Origin: Flectonema sp. DT1601
Lineage: Eukaryota
Length of the DNA stretch: 64,000 nt
NCBI GenBank assembly: GCA_964019425.1
Contig: OZ025795.1
Coordinates: forward strand, 744,001 to 808,000
Reading direction: 5' to 3'
The notes under the pieces are model-generated. The model saw only the letters and a list, made by a program, of their open reading frames with translations, was not told where the DNA came from and ran no database searches. Shown here one piece after another: positions 37,001 to 47,989 of this stretch. Positions within the stretch are counted from its first letter, which is position 1. The number at the start of each line of letters is the position of its first letter. Position numbers and translations under genes: made by a program.

Positions 37001-38267
37001 CACACGAATCAATAATAACCTGCTTAGCAGCGACACTGATGCGAACATCTTCACACTGTTCTATCCTAACGACTCCACTACAAGGTCCGATAACGATATT
37101 CGAATTCTTTACTCGCTGGATTAGTACGTCTACATTACGACCAAGGACATAAACTTCACACGTTGAAAGGTTTATTAGTTCCGTGACAGTTGGTTCTGCT
37201 GCTAAGTTTGGAAGAGAGACGACAAACTCTCCAGCAGTTTTGTCTTGTAACGTATCATGGTTCACATCTCTAATACCTTGTGATGGATGATAAAAGACGC
37301 TATCGTCTTTGTCAGGTAGTTGTCTTGGGACGAGCGCTTTTTCAATTATTTCACTTTGAATAGATGCCGACGATGAGGTTCTCATCGTATCGGCTATTTG
37401 CTCAGCGAATATCATCTTCACTCTACTCCTGTGGATTAACCTTCCGTTTACTTCTGTCCAAGCTGCGAGTGTTTGGTTTAAGTTTTGTGTCATTTTATTT
37501 ATTATTTGTCCGCATTCTTGTTCAGTAATTCCACTAAGCCATTCGTGTTCCAGAAGTGATGCAGCATTTGGTCTTTCAGTGTGTTCTTTAGTAAAACATT
37601 GAGAGAGGAAGTCTTCAAAATGTTCAGATCTATCAAATTCACCCACAAGTTGAGGAGTTTCTACCTGAACTCGTCGAAGTATTTCCTCTTCACTACAATT
37701 GTGAAAAGGAGGAACCTTGTCAGCTATTTCAATGAGTGATATCCCAAGTGCCCATATATCAGATACTAAAGGTACTGTGTAGTGTTCCATCTCTGGATAT
37801 ATTTGAGCTGGGTGTTGGGTTTCAGAAAATTCCGACATCCCAGCATCTGCTAGTAGTAGATTACCATCTTTAAAAAATAAATTATTCGGCTTCACATTAC
37901 CATGAGCTTCATCATTATCGGTGTGCCACATGTAGAGCGCTGATAGAGTGGAGTATGCGATTGCTTTTAGTTCGATTTCTGTTGCGGTTGGTAATAGGCA
38001 AATCACATCACCAACACTACAGTCGCAGCATTCCATCACTATCCACCAGCAATCACTTCCTGGGGGTTCGAATACACTTCTAACAGTAACACAACTAGGA
38101 TACTCTTCATCCATTTGTAATAGGTCTTGAAGTTTTTCTTCCATGTCTTCATACTTTGGTATTATTTTAATTGCTAATTCTGGGATTCCATCAGTTCTGA
38201 ATACAACTCTCTCTGCGGGGTCTTTACCATCACTAAATAGAACCTCCGCACAGGACGCGCCATTCAT
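31093..38267 (-). CDS. STE20-like pseudokinase fused to ~7 TBCC/RP2 beta-helix domains; 6 exons (34147-38267, 33470-34034, 33305-33385, 32035-33236, 31290-31920, 31093-31206), ~2237 aa
   Basis: Five GT-AG introns (34035-34146, 33386-33469, 33237-33304, 31921-32034, 31207-31289) join five ORF-track fragments in frame; exons total 6714 nt. Kinase motifs LAIK, HGNVKPNN, LADAG, DIWALG. TBCC motif VLGPCKNSMFFRNC...IACRQVRLRD...PCVESS. Confidence 0.85.
31521..32496. repeat. Intragenic direct duplication, copy A (976 bp)
   Basis: Nearly identical to 33635-34608, including an intron. I could see three substitutions and a 2-nt T-run indel. Confidence 0.95.
33635..34608. repeat. Intragenic direct duplication, copy B (974 bp)
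   Basis: Nearly identical to 31521-32496. Confidence 0.95.
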
Positions 38268-38539
38268 CGTTAGAATACCTAAAAGGGTCGTAAGGTAGAT
38301 TAATAGTATTTCACTAGTTGCCAATTAGGGAATGTTCAAGGCTGTCTGGTCTGATGTAGTGTGTCTGGAAAAAATGATAAATAAATTAAGAAATTTTGAA
38401 ATTATCAAAATATTACTTTTTTTGAAGTTGATCGCATACGCAGATAAACTAAAAGTGAAAAGGAAACAACAAATGAAAACAGCCCGAAAGGGAAGACGAC
38501 ATCAGCGACAACTTTCCTACACGGCTACCATTAGTAGTT

Positions 38540-39070
38540 TTAGTCAAAGAGACCGAATCCCATGTCACCGTCCTCGGATTCTTCAGCTGGGGCAGCCTGT
38601 TAGTTATTTTATTTATTAAGTTCACACATCATAAGTATACATGAGGGGTCTGATTAGGTCAAAAGGCATCTTTGATTTCAGTGTATCAGGCAGGGAGATT
38701 ATTGTTAATTTTGTTAAAACAACCGCAAACAGGACGATAAGCAATAAGCCAGATGTACCTGGAAACGGCGTTGGTGGCTGTGTTTATAAACATGATTTCA
38801 TACCTTCTTATCCTCCTTGGCTGGAGCGTCTCCACCAGCGGCGGCTGGAGCATCACCCTCAACTGGGGCTCCACCGGCTCCTCCAACGTTGCTGAGAAGT
38901 CCTCCTAATGGCTTGGTCTGTAAGAATGATGCAAAAAGGGTTGGGTAGAAAGCCTCAACCTCGATGTTGGCAGCACCAGTGAGGGTGGTGATCTTCTCGG
39001 CAGTCACTTCAAGCCCCTCATCGTGAAGGATGAGGGCGGCGTAGGTGCATGCAAGCTCGTCGGTGGACAT
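38540..39070 (-). CDS. RPLP1: 60S acidic ribosomal protein P1, 2 exons (38804-39070, 38540-38596)
   Basis: [18 protein letters not shown]-terminus. Intron 38597-38803 (GTATGA...CTAACAG) joins the conserved tail [18 protein letters not shown]. Confidence 0.96.
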
Positions 39071-39239
39071 TTTAACTGTTGACTGTTGTTCCTGTGGCAG
39101 AAGATGTTAATAAATAGTAACGAACAAAAGGAAACCCACTCAATCATTCAATTAACCAACGTGTAAATAATACGAAACACGACTCCCTCTCGACCACACC
39201 TACTCAAGCAGAAGGTTTACTTAAGAGACATCTCTAACT

Positions 39240-40223
39240 CTAAAAGGGTAGTTTTCTAGTCATTTTGTTCTCTTCTCTGTAGCACACACGGAATGCCGCT
39301 ATTTCAGAACCATGAGATCCTGGTCTCAGTTTCCCCCTGAAAATCTTGTTCTTTGGAGGAATAAAACACCATGAAGGGACCTTATTGTTATTTGTATTTT
39401 CAGGTGACGGAGAAGTTTTTAATTTTATTTTCGTAAGATGTTTGGGTGTTGGCTGTCGATCTGTCGTTTGTGAAGAGGCTGTAGAAGTCGATTTCGGAAC
39501 AACCATCTCTGGTTGATTACTAGTTATTCGTTGAAAAGCTGCTGCTGATTTTGGACGAGGTTTCATTTTTCGCAATCTCTTCAGCTCCAAAGCGCTTTCT
39601 CTTTTCTCTCGCTCGCTCCGTTTTGTTCGAATTACTGTTGCAGGAGCGGGGTCGTTGAAGCCCTCCGACGACCCTCCCTTACGAGCAATGAGTCTCAATA
39701 TCTCAGACAGTTCTGTAGTTGACGGTGTTGACACCCAACACAAACATACTCGCAGTAATATATGTTCTGCTGACTTCTTAGCTGAAGGTTCAGGTTGTTC
39801 AACTATTCTTGTGTTGAATGATCTGTTGGCAATCTGTTCAAGAACATGTCTTGGAATCGAAGTATCAAATAATGACATTAGTAAAGTGTTAAAAAATATA
39901 CTATATCCTCTCATGTCAGTAGTCGGATATGATGTTAGCGAGTTTACTACTTTAGAACACAATTTCTGTAGTGATGGATTCTTTCTAATGACATTGTTAG
40001 GATTATTATCACCGTAGTATTTCCCCATCACGTGGGATATTCGATTTCTTACTGTTGTGAGTTTCAGTCGACTGCATTTCTCATTTCGTTCTAAATAATC
40101 TTCACAAGATGCTCTTAGTTTTGTATAAAAATCAAACACGTCACTAGAGATTCCCAACCAACTTAATACATCGTCAGGAAGGATGATTCCTTCGGAAATA
40201 ATCGTTTTCCAACACCCAGTCAT
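39240..40223 (-). CDS. Hypothetical protein (start uncertain)
   Basis: ~327-aa open frame on the common coding strand; no recognised motif. Confidence 0.6.
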   Translation of the reverse strand: MTGCWKTIISEGIILPDDVLSWLGISSDVFDFYTKLRASCEDYLERNEKCSRLKLTTVRNRISHVMGKYYGDNNPNNVIRKNPSLQKLCSKVVNSLTSYPTTDMRGYSIFFNTLLMSLFDTSIPRHVLEQIANRSFNTRIVEQPEPSAKKSAEHILLRVCLCWVSTPSTTELSEILRLIARKGGSSEGFNDPAPATVIRTKRSEREKRESALELKRLRKMKPRPKSAAAFQRITSNQPEMVVPKSTSTASSQTTDRQPTPKHLTKIKLKTSPSPENTNNNKVPSWCFIPPKNKIFRGKLRPGSHGSEIAAFRVCYREENKMTRKLPF

Positions 40224-40597
40224 TCTCACAGCTTTAGAGAATAATTCGCAAACCTTTCATGTTGAGATGGTTGGTATTTCTGTATAAGTTTTCGAACTAA
40301 TACATTGAAAGATCGCATAGCTACCTATTAGTAGAGGGGGATTGAATGTTTGTAAAGTACAACTGTTTTGTATCATGTTAACATAAAACGATAATTTAAC
40401 ATCTGTTAAGGATACAATGACCACATAGCAACCTATTTAGAGGGGGAGTAAAAAATAAGAACATTTCGCAAAAACAGTTATTTCCTTTAATACGACAAAT
40501 GCTTGTTAATCTTATGAAGAAGGAAAAAAAAAAGAGAGAAAAAAAGAAAAAAAATCTTTTTAAGCCTAACTCGGAATTGTAGCAGAGATCCCGCTAC

Positions 40598-40632
<35 letters not shown>

Positions 40633-41262
40633 ATCGTCTTTCAACTTTTAATGTCTGATAATTCACAAAATTACACTTGTAAGATTTATTAAATCAAAAG
40701 TGAGACACGATCTGCACAGCAAACAGTGGTCCTATGTATGTATACAGCTTTTAGCTTAAGTTGTTCTTATTTCGTTCGATTTGTTAGTAGTTAATAAGCA
40801 ACCGAAAAGAATAAAATAATTTCGTCCCAAAAGAAAAAAAAAAAAAAAAAAAAAAAATATATGGGAATTCTAATATACAAAAAAGAAAGAAACTTGGAAA
40901 AGAAAAAAAAAACTCTTCTTCTTTTATTATTATTATTTTTAATTTTTTTTTTTTTTTTTTTAAAAAGAAAATGAAATAACTATATAGGGAAGTAAGAAGA
41001 AGCCGTGGCATGGCTCGGTTCGTCCACGAAAAAAAGCTGCTTTTTCGTGGGTGAAAAAAATAAAATGACATTTCTAATCTGCTGAACAATTATCTACAAG
41101 TAATAATCTAGTCAAGTTTAATGACTACTCAGAATCTCAAAAGATGATCTATCCCTTGGTATGTATTAGTAACGTAATAAGGAGCTCTTTGAGGAAAACA
41201 ATGTATTCGAGTGATCCACACTCAGCCAGATAAATGCACAACTATAGTTAATAATAACATAG

Positions 41263-43524
41263 TTAGTAGTAGTGCCGGCCACGAGAAACAGAACGATGCC
41301 GAATAGGAGAACCTTCTTCCCACCCTCGAAGGGGAGTTCCATAATCTGAAAATGTCTGACTGATTCTTTTACCTGTAACAGAGTTTGATGATCCGGGTGG
41401 TAACCATGGTCTAGGGTTTGGTTTGTCTCTACCTCTTGATCTTGATCTCGACCTCGACCTATGAGATCTACGAGATGATGATCGATAAGATCTGGTAGTA
41501 CTGTGAGATCTAACAGATGATCTACTAATTGATCTCGCTGGTGATCTCTCTGAACTCTTTCCCCTTTTTCGACTACGTGATCTTCCTTCCCTTCTATGAG
41601 ATTGATAAGAATGATAAGATTTATCATCACCATCATATCTTGAAGATGGATGATCATATCGATCTCCATACCTGTCGTACTTCTCGTGTCTGTCTGATCG
41701 CTCTTTACGAGGTCTGCTGCTGGATCGGCCTCTTCTGGGTTTTTCCCGTTCTTTCTCACGACGCCTTGCCTCACGACGAATCCTGCGCTCTTCATCACGC
41801 GCTTCACGGCGAGCCTGTCTGCGGGCTGCTCGTCGCTTCTCTTTATCTTCAACAAACGCATCGAAATCATCGGGCTCGAGTAGCGCTCTAGCAGCTGCTG
41901 CTTCCATGGCTCGGCGCTCGTGAGCACCATTCTGGTAGTCATTTCTTCTTTCACTTCCTCGATAGTAATCAGGAGTTCCATGTTGTTGTTGATATCCACC
42001 TTGTGATCCAAATTCTTCCATCAGTTCTCTTGTTTCTCTTCGATACCTTTTTTCTAAATGACGGCGAGAACGTTCTTCTTGACCCCACCAACTATGACGT
42101 TCGTCTTCTTCTTCTTCTTCAAGACGCCAGAGAGCAGAAGATGAAGAATGAGGAGCTCTGTTATTTGAAGGCGGCACATCGTCTCTCCAGTTGGATGCTG
42201 GAGCTCGAGAATCACGATGACTTGAATGAGAAGGAGGGGGTACCACTGATTGTTGATTGGACTTTCTGCGTAGCGAACCCTTTACAACATCAACGCTAAC
42301 GCTGTGATCCACAACCCAGGATTGCCCATCATGAGTTTCCCATTGTGATATCTCATGAGGGAACATACCACCATGTTTATGAACTGAAGTAATAAGACCT
42401 GAGTCATCATTCATGTGACTGTTTTAGTTTTCTTTAATATTTGAAATAAATGAATTCTACAAAGAAATTGAGTCCCAAAATACAAGCAACACATACCAGG
42501 CATCTTCTGTTACGATCCAAAGACCATTCGCACCAGAGTAGACGCAACCCATTCTGCCAGTGTCAGGGAGATGACATTCCCATACCGGCATACCTTCCCA
42601 ACTTTTTCCCTTCGCAAGAATGAATGTTCCCTCAACGGGATACGCATCTTGTCCAGCAGAGACATGAACGGCGACTGGAGGTTCGTCAGTTTGACTACGA
42701 CCAGGAGACCCACGCCCACTGATACGATCCGCAGAAGGATCGTAAGAGTTGCGATCATCACGTTTTGATAAATAATCTCTCGCAGGTGGAGGTGGTTGAT
42801 ACGAAGAATGAGGATCACTACGCTGATGACGTCTCCCATCATCGATTGACCCGCGATCACTGCGATCCCTTTCTCGATCATCAAACGAACTTCGAACCCC
42901 ACCTCGTTGGGTCTGCTGCATTGGATTCGGACTTCTATTCCTCGCTGATTCAAATGGCTGCGGTGAGTCTACGAGTTGAACAGAAGACCTGAGAGGATCT
43001 CTAAGAGGTTGGTTACTTATATATTCTGAAGTGTTAATTTGACTAAGTCGTCTGTCATCTTTAAGTTGTGGAGAATGAAAAGTATTATCTCTCAGGTTTA
43101 TTAAATCATCAACCTGAGTACGAGGTGGTGGATCAGCTGCTCCGCCAGGTTTGTAGTTGGGAAATAGTTTCGCAATTTCATAATATTGTTGCATGATAGC
43201 AACATCACAGGGTGTTTTTTGTGATTCATCTGCGTACGTGTAATCAGATCCTGCTGCAAGCAGAACCTTAACAGCCTCTTCATGCCCCTCGAATGCTGCA
43301 AGGTGTAAAGGTGTTCTTCCGTCAGTTTCTTGCATATCAAGTTTTGCTCCAAAATTAATCAACAGAGAGATGACATCAGTATTCCCTGTGTATGCCGCCC
43401 AATGCAGAGGCGTAGATTTCTTATGAGAACTGGTGTCTAAAACGTTTACATTACCTCCCGACTTGCAATACTTCTCAACCACCGCTTCGTCTTCTAATTT
43501 TACCGCCCTAAAGAGGTCCTCCAT
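41263..43524 (-). CDS. Ankyrin-repeat protein with a Trp-rich small domain and an RS/RE-rich tail, 2 exons (42497-43524, 41263-42418), ~727 aa
   Basis: TPLHWAAYTG and GRTPLHLAAFEGH ankyrin repeats. GT-AG intron 42419-42496 gives WIVTEDA-C-HMNDDSG in frame. RSRSRSRSR tail. Confidence 0.85.
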
Positions 43525-44000
43525 TGGACCTCTTGCCTATGAAAAAGAATGAAACTATTCAACACAAAATATTTCAATTCACTTGTAAACTACGATGCAG
43601 TTTATGCCACACATTTATGTTTGCTGTTACCAACTAAAATCGTTATCAAAATAACAAAGAAACCTCATCGAACTTTATGCTTCCGTACTCATGGGTTAGA
43701 GTATTAGTACTGAAGTATGCCTAGTATCGCTGTGCAACGTCGTAAGAGAGGAAATAAGAACAAGAAAATAAATGCATAAGTGAACAATATGAACGTCACC
43801 ATCAGAGAGAGCAAACAGAATAGAGACTATGAGAAAGAGTAAGGACAAGAACAAACATATCAAATAGTCCAGTCTGAAGTTAGGATAGATTTTAAATATC
43901 TTCAAACTGTACCAATCAAGATAACTAATTATAATAAGTTGAGGGAGTAGGTTAATTGCAATCATCTAAAACAAACTTAAGAAACAAAGCGCAGCTTTCA

Positions 44001-46637
44001 TTACTGATAAACGTCTTCCTCACCGTAGAGACTTCCAATTGTCCTTTCAACGTGGCCGCGGTTCCTCTTCAGGGCGTCGATGCACTTCTCGAAACCAAAG
44101 TTTTCAATGAACCCGAAGGCTTCCAATTGTTGAAGGGATTCAGGGTAGTCAGTTTTCGAATTGCGAGCTCCAATTGAATCGAATCTGGTTTCAACGGAAT
44201 AGTACAGCGAGGTGCGACTTACGCAGCAGCAGGCTGCCAGGTCGCGGTCTGGAAGAAACGACAAAACTGACTTGAAAATGGAAGGCTCGGCCTTCATCAC
44301 ATCCGAAACGCTTCTTACGACAGCAGCTCCCCCTGCGCAAGAAGTGTCCGCGCGTTCCAACCCAACAGACGTGGAGATGTTCTCGAATGCTGGGCTCCAT
44401 CCCTCTGCCAACTTCACCAGCTCAGCTGCCGCATCCTTCCTTCCCGACTTCAGCGCACCCACAACCGCAATCGCTTCGTCCAAGTTGCAGTTGGAGACCA
44501 GCTTAGCTTCAACCGACTGCCTCAAGAGGCCCGCAAACTGGTCGAAGTGTTCCGCCTTCAGCACCGGGAACTTCACAGCGGCATCCGAGTCTGCCATCAT
44601 GCCAGCAATTGAAGAGAGGGCGGTGGAAACAAATTCAGTGCCGAGGTCTTTGAAGTGGCTGCAGATCTCCTGGGTCACTAACAGCGGACACCAACTGGAA
44701 GCAAAAACAAGCAGCCTCGAAGCAACACGGTAGCTCGTACTCTCAGTGGCCAGCCTACCCAACAGTAAATCAACCTTCGTCAGGTCCGGACGCGAACCGT
44801 CTATCCTGAGCTGCAGGGGAGTGATGCCTTCGTTCTTGAGCTCAAGGTACATCGCTCCCTTCAGTTGCTGATCGACTGTCAGCGGACACGACTCCTCCGG
44901 TTTGTGTCTCAGAAAGGATATCAAAACAAACTGCGCATCCGGGTTCACTTCCTCCAAATACTTCTTTGCCAGCTTAGCGAACGGCAGCTTCGTCGTCACC
45001 CCAGGGTCGTTCTCCTCTTCGTCCGACACTGTGATGATGGTTTCAACCTTCTTCTTCGTCAGGTACAACCTCTCCAGAGCAGATCCCGGGGACGTCGCCC
45101 CGTCAGCCTTTGTGTAGTGCGACAGCATTAGAACGTCCTTGATACTCTGAGGCACAAAAAGGGGATCCACAGCCTTGGCATTGAAGAACAGCAGCTCCGC
45201 CCCCTTTGACAAAGCAGTAAGCAGCGAGACGATAATCGAACCTGTGCGCACAGCTACGTGCATCGATCCCGAGCAATCGCCGAGAACAGCGATCGGAGAC
45301 CTCAGGGGAAGGGTGTACTCATTCAGAGAATTCTCAGCCACCGGGACCAGGTGCTCGAACACCGGACTGTTCTTCGAGTGCATGTGCATAAGTCGTTCCA
45401 TCATCTTACCGTATCCAAAACTAGGTGTTTGGCCCCTCAACATCTTCTCGATCAGCACTTTGTCCACGTCAGCGCAATTCATGTCTTCGTACCACCAGAT
45501 TAGGGTACTGATGTCCGTGTACTCGGCAATGGCCTTCTTCACCTGCTGCGATACCCTGCTCAAATTGAATTTCCTTCTCAGGTAAGTCAGCGGCACGTGG
45601 TGTGCCTTCAACCCATCCACGTTCTCCAGACTGGTCAGCGACAGCTTCAGTCCGTACTCCACGTGGTCTGGCCTCGGCTTCTTCGAGTCGAAAACACACG
45701 ACAGAAACTCCTTCAGTGAGAAACCCTCCGGGTTCAGGTGCACCAGATCCGCGAACTCCTGCCAAGGCCCGAGACCGAATTCCAACAAGTAATGCATCAA
45801 TGAACCTTTCTTGATGTTTTCAGCCCAACTACGAAACCTTTTGCACATGCTTCCACTGAGAGTCGCTGTCAGGCCAGAAACCTGCGCCGCCTCCAGCGAT
45901 CCGATTTCAGACTTCAGTTTCGCGATCTTCCCAATCCTCCGACGGAGCCATACCGGCGTGTTGTCTGAAGGATCTGAAGAAGGCTTCCCACCTTTCTTAC
46001 CACCCTTGACTCCCTGTCTCATCCTGCTGAGTGCCTTGCCTCGGCCAGAGCGTGTTGGCGCCCACCTCGTGGATCCCTTTCTTCCCTTTCCCTTCCCCCC
46101 CGAGGAGTATCCTTTCCCGAACGTCGTAACACCTTTTTCCGGATCCTCCGAAGACGAAGTCGCCCTCTCCTCTCGCTGTTTTATTATCTCAGCGATCTTC
46201 GAGTTCATCTCCTCCACCGCAACAGCGTCCTCGCCCTCCGTCTTCGGCTTTTTGATTTCCGCCTCACCATCGTCTTCGGCAGGGCGCTTCTTCTGCTCTC
46301 CGCGGGTGGCACCCTTCGCTTCCACCAGAGCCAGAGACTTCTTCCACGCCTTCAACCGACGCTTACCGTCCAGCGCCTTGCACGCCGCTACAACTTCCGG
46401 GAATTTGAACTGCGGATGGGACAGCATCACATCTACGAACTCGTAGTCCTGACACTGCGCTGCTGCCAGTAGTGCCCTCGTCTTCGTTACCTTTTGAATG
46501 TCAACCAACTCCAACAACAAGAGGAATTGAACCTTATAAATATCCCCATTGTCCTTTAACATGTTGTAGTGCTCCATAAACTCACTCTCATCGTTGAGCA
46601 ATAGCTGCTTCACAGAGGCAGTTTGTTCTGCAGACAT
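44001..46637 (-). CDS. Helical domain + vWA (MIDAS) + F-box-like + UBA-like protein
   Basis: IAVLGDCSGSM (DxSxS), GATSPG and IITVSDEEEN vWA motifs. F-box-like EPSIFKSVLSFLPDRDLAACCCVSR. UBA-like LQQLEAFGF...CIDALKRNRGHVERTIGSL. Confidence 0.8.
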   Translation of the reverse strand: MSAEQTASVKQLLLNDESEFMEHYNMLKDNGDIYKVQFLLLLELVDIQKVTKTRALLAAAQCQDYEFVDVMLSHPQFKFPEVVAACKALDGKRRLKAWKKSLALVEAKGATRGEQKKRPAEDDGEAEIKKPKTEGEDAVAVEEMNSKIAEIIKQREERATSSSEDPEKGVTTFGKGYSSGGKGKGRKGSTRWAPTRSGRGKALSRMRQGVKGGKKGGKPSSDPSDNTPVWLRRRIGKIAKLKSEIGSLEAAQVSGLTATLSGSMCKRFRSWAENIKKGSLMHYLLEFGLGPWQEFADLVHLNPEGFSLKEFLSCVFDSKKPRPDHVEYGLKLSLTSLENVDGLKAHHVPLTYLRRKFNLSRVSQQVKKAIAEYTDISTLIWWYEDMNCADVDKVLIEKMLRGQTPSFGYGKMMERLMHMHSKNSPVFEHLVPVAENSLNEYTLPLRSPIAVLGDCSGSMHVAVRTGSIIVSLLTALSKGAELLFFNAKAVDPLFVPQSIKDVLMLSHYTKADGATSPGSALERLYLTKKKVETIITVSDEEENDPGVTTKLPFAKLAKKYLEEVNPDAQFVLISFLRHKPEESCPLTVDQQLKGAMYLELKNEGITPLQLRIDGSRPDLTKVDLLLGRLATESTSYRVASRLLVFASSWCPLLVTQEICSHFKDLGTEFVSTALSSIAGMMADSDAAVKFPVLKAEHFDQFAGLLRQSVEAKLVSNCNLDEAIAVVGALKSGRKDAAAELVKLAEGWSPAFENISTSVGLERADTSCAGGAAVVRSVSDVMKAEPSIFKSVLSFLPDRDLAACCCVSRTSLYYSVETRFDSIGARNSKTDYPESLQQLEAFGFIENFGFEKCIDALKRNRGHVERTIGSLYGEEDVYQ

Positions 46638-46819
46638 TATTTGTTGTTGTTAAGTGTAGAACTGTGGAAGAGATAAATTTATAACACAAGCAACAACTAA
46701 AACACAAAGCAAACTACGTACATTTCAACTACACAAACAGATATACGAAGTACGCAAATGATCATCACAGAATTTGATAAAGTTGTTGATGAGGGGGAAA
46801 CGAATTATCAAGAACGACA

Positions 46820-47989
46820 TTAGTCAATTACAATACTACGAAGATTAGTTCCAATTATCTCTCGTACAATAACATTGCTTTCCGGTAGTTGCAGAGATCT
46901 AAGTGCCGTGAGGCCTCCTAGAAATGGTCGATCCCTTCCAAAGAAGTCAACCACAGTAATCTTCGTAACGCTGTTAAAACACCTCAAATCGAGTTCTGTA
47001 AGTGAATTACAATGATCTAGAAAGTCATGATCAACTTTAGTTAGACAATTAAAACCAGATAAATTAAGGACACTCATTGAACTGCATCTACTGAGGAAGT
47101 TACTTCCAACAGATGTCAGTTTTGTGAGCGTTGATAAGTTCAATGATGAAATGCTAGTGCAACAGCATAAGAAATTATCTCTGATAGATTTCAAATTATA
47201 AAAACAACTGAAGTCAATTTCTTTAATCGATTCGCATTGAAAGAGAAAATTACTTCCAACGGTAGTGACGTTGCTGAAACTTGACAAGTCAATAGTCTCG
47301 AGTGATGAGCAACTTGAGGCAAAACTACCATTCACGGAAGTAACACCACAAAGACCTGACAAGTCAAGATGCTTTAATGAAGTGCAGCACCCGAGGAAGT
47401 TACTTCCTATATTGGTAACGGTACTCATGCCGGATAAGTTTAGTGTCGTAAAGGACGTGCAATCGTATAAAAAAGCACTTCCAATTTCAGTTATGACACA
47501 CCTACTAGATAGGTCAAGTTTCTCTAATGTGTTACACTCTCTGATAAAATTATCTCCGACGGTGACGATGTTTTCATTAAAATTCCGAAGTGAGATTGCT
47601 TTGATCGGAATTTGTAATAAATCACATGAAAAGTCAACACAACCCTCACTACAGAATGTTGAGGTATCAATATAAAGGTACTCATCTAGGCTACTAGAAT
47701 AACGGTTTACCATTTGCTCAGCCTTCACATGGTCAGTAAACCATGGCTTTCCATAAAGTCTAAACCGTTTCTTAGAAGCAATTAATTGATCTTCTGGACC
47801 TACTGCGTTTGATACTAACCTCGTCATGTCATGAAGCACTTCACCAGCGAAAGACAGTTCAAGTTCTTCCTGATCGACATCCCACTCTTCTGCTACCGCA
47901 CGCAACACATCCACAGAAACAGAGTTTGAACTGGCTGTGAATGAAATAGTTTCAAAATCAAGGTCTGGGCAAGCTATAAAAACTTGCAT
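46820..47989 (-). CDS. Ubiquitin-like N-terminus + leucine-rich repeat protein (24-aa, BspA-like repeats)
   Basis: MQVFIACP...EEWDVDQEELELSFAGEVL, then ~9 repeats of LxxLDLSxxxxVTxVGxNFLxxCxS. ATG at 47989 preferred over the TTG at 48067. Confidence 0.85.
   Translation of the reverse strand: MQVFIACPDLDFETISFTASSNSVSVDVLRAVAEEWDVDQEELELSFAGEVLHDMTRLVSNAVGPEDQLIASKKRFRLYGKPWFTDHVKAEQMVNRYSSSLDEYLYIDTSTFCSEGCVDFSCDLLQIPIKAISLRNFNENIVTVGDNFIRECNTLEKLDLSSRCVITEIGSAFLYDCTSFTTLNLSGMSTVTNIGSNFLGCCTSLKHLDLSGLCGVTSVNGSFASSCSSLETIDLSSFSNVTTVGSNFLFQCESIKEIDFSCFYNLKSIRDNFLCCCTSISSLNLSTLTKLTSVGSNFLSRCSSMSVLNLSGFNCLTKVDHDFLDHCNSLTELDLRCFNSVTKITVVDFFGRDRPFLGGLTALRSLQLPESNVIVREIIGTNLRSIVID

Noticed and set aside
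38597..38803. snoRNA in the RPLP1 intron
   Set aside because: Weak hairpins are possible, but there is no convincing C/D box pair or correctly spaced ACA/AGA box.
41024..41050. Perfect hairpin CCACGAAAAA...TTTTTCGTGG as a terminator
   Set aside because: Half the stem is homopolymer, and intrinsic terminators are not expected in this eukaryotic context.
41166..42011. 281-aa alternate-frame ORF overlapping the RS-rich exon
   Set aside because: By-product of low-complexity R/S codons; no independent evidence of coding.
43696..43965. Hydrophobic 89-aa ORF as a membrane protein
   Set aside because: Starts at a stop-adjacent ATG in T-rich sequence directly downstream of the vWA gene; consistent with 3'UTR composition.
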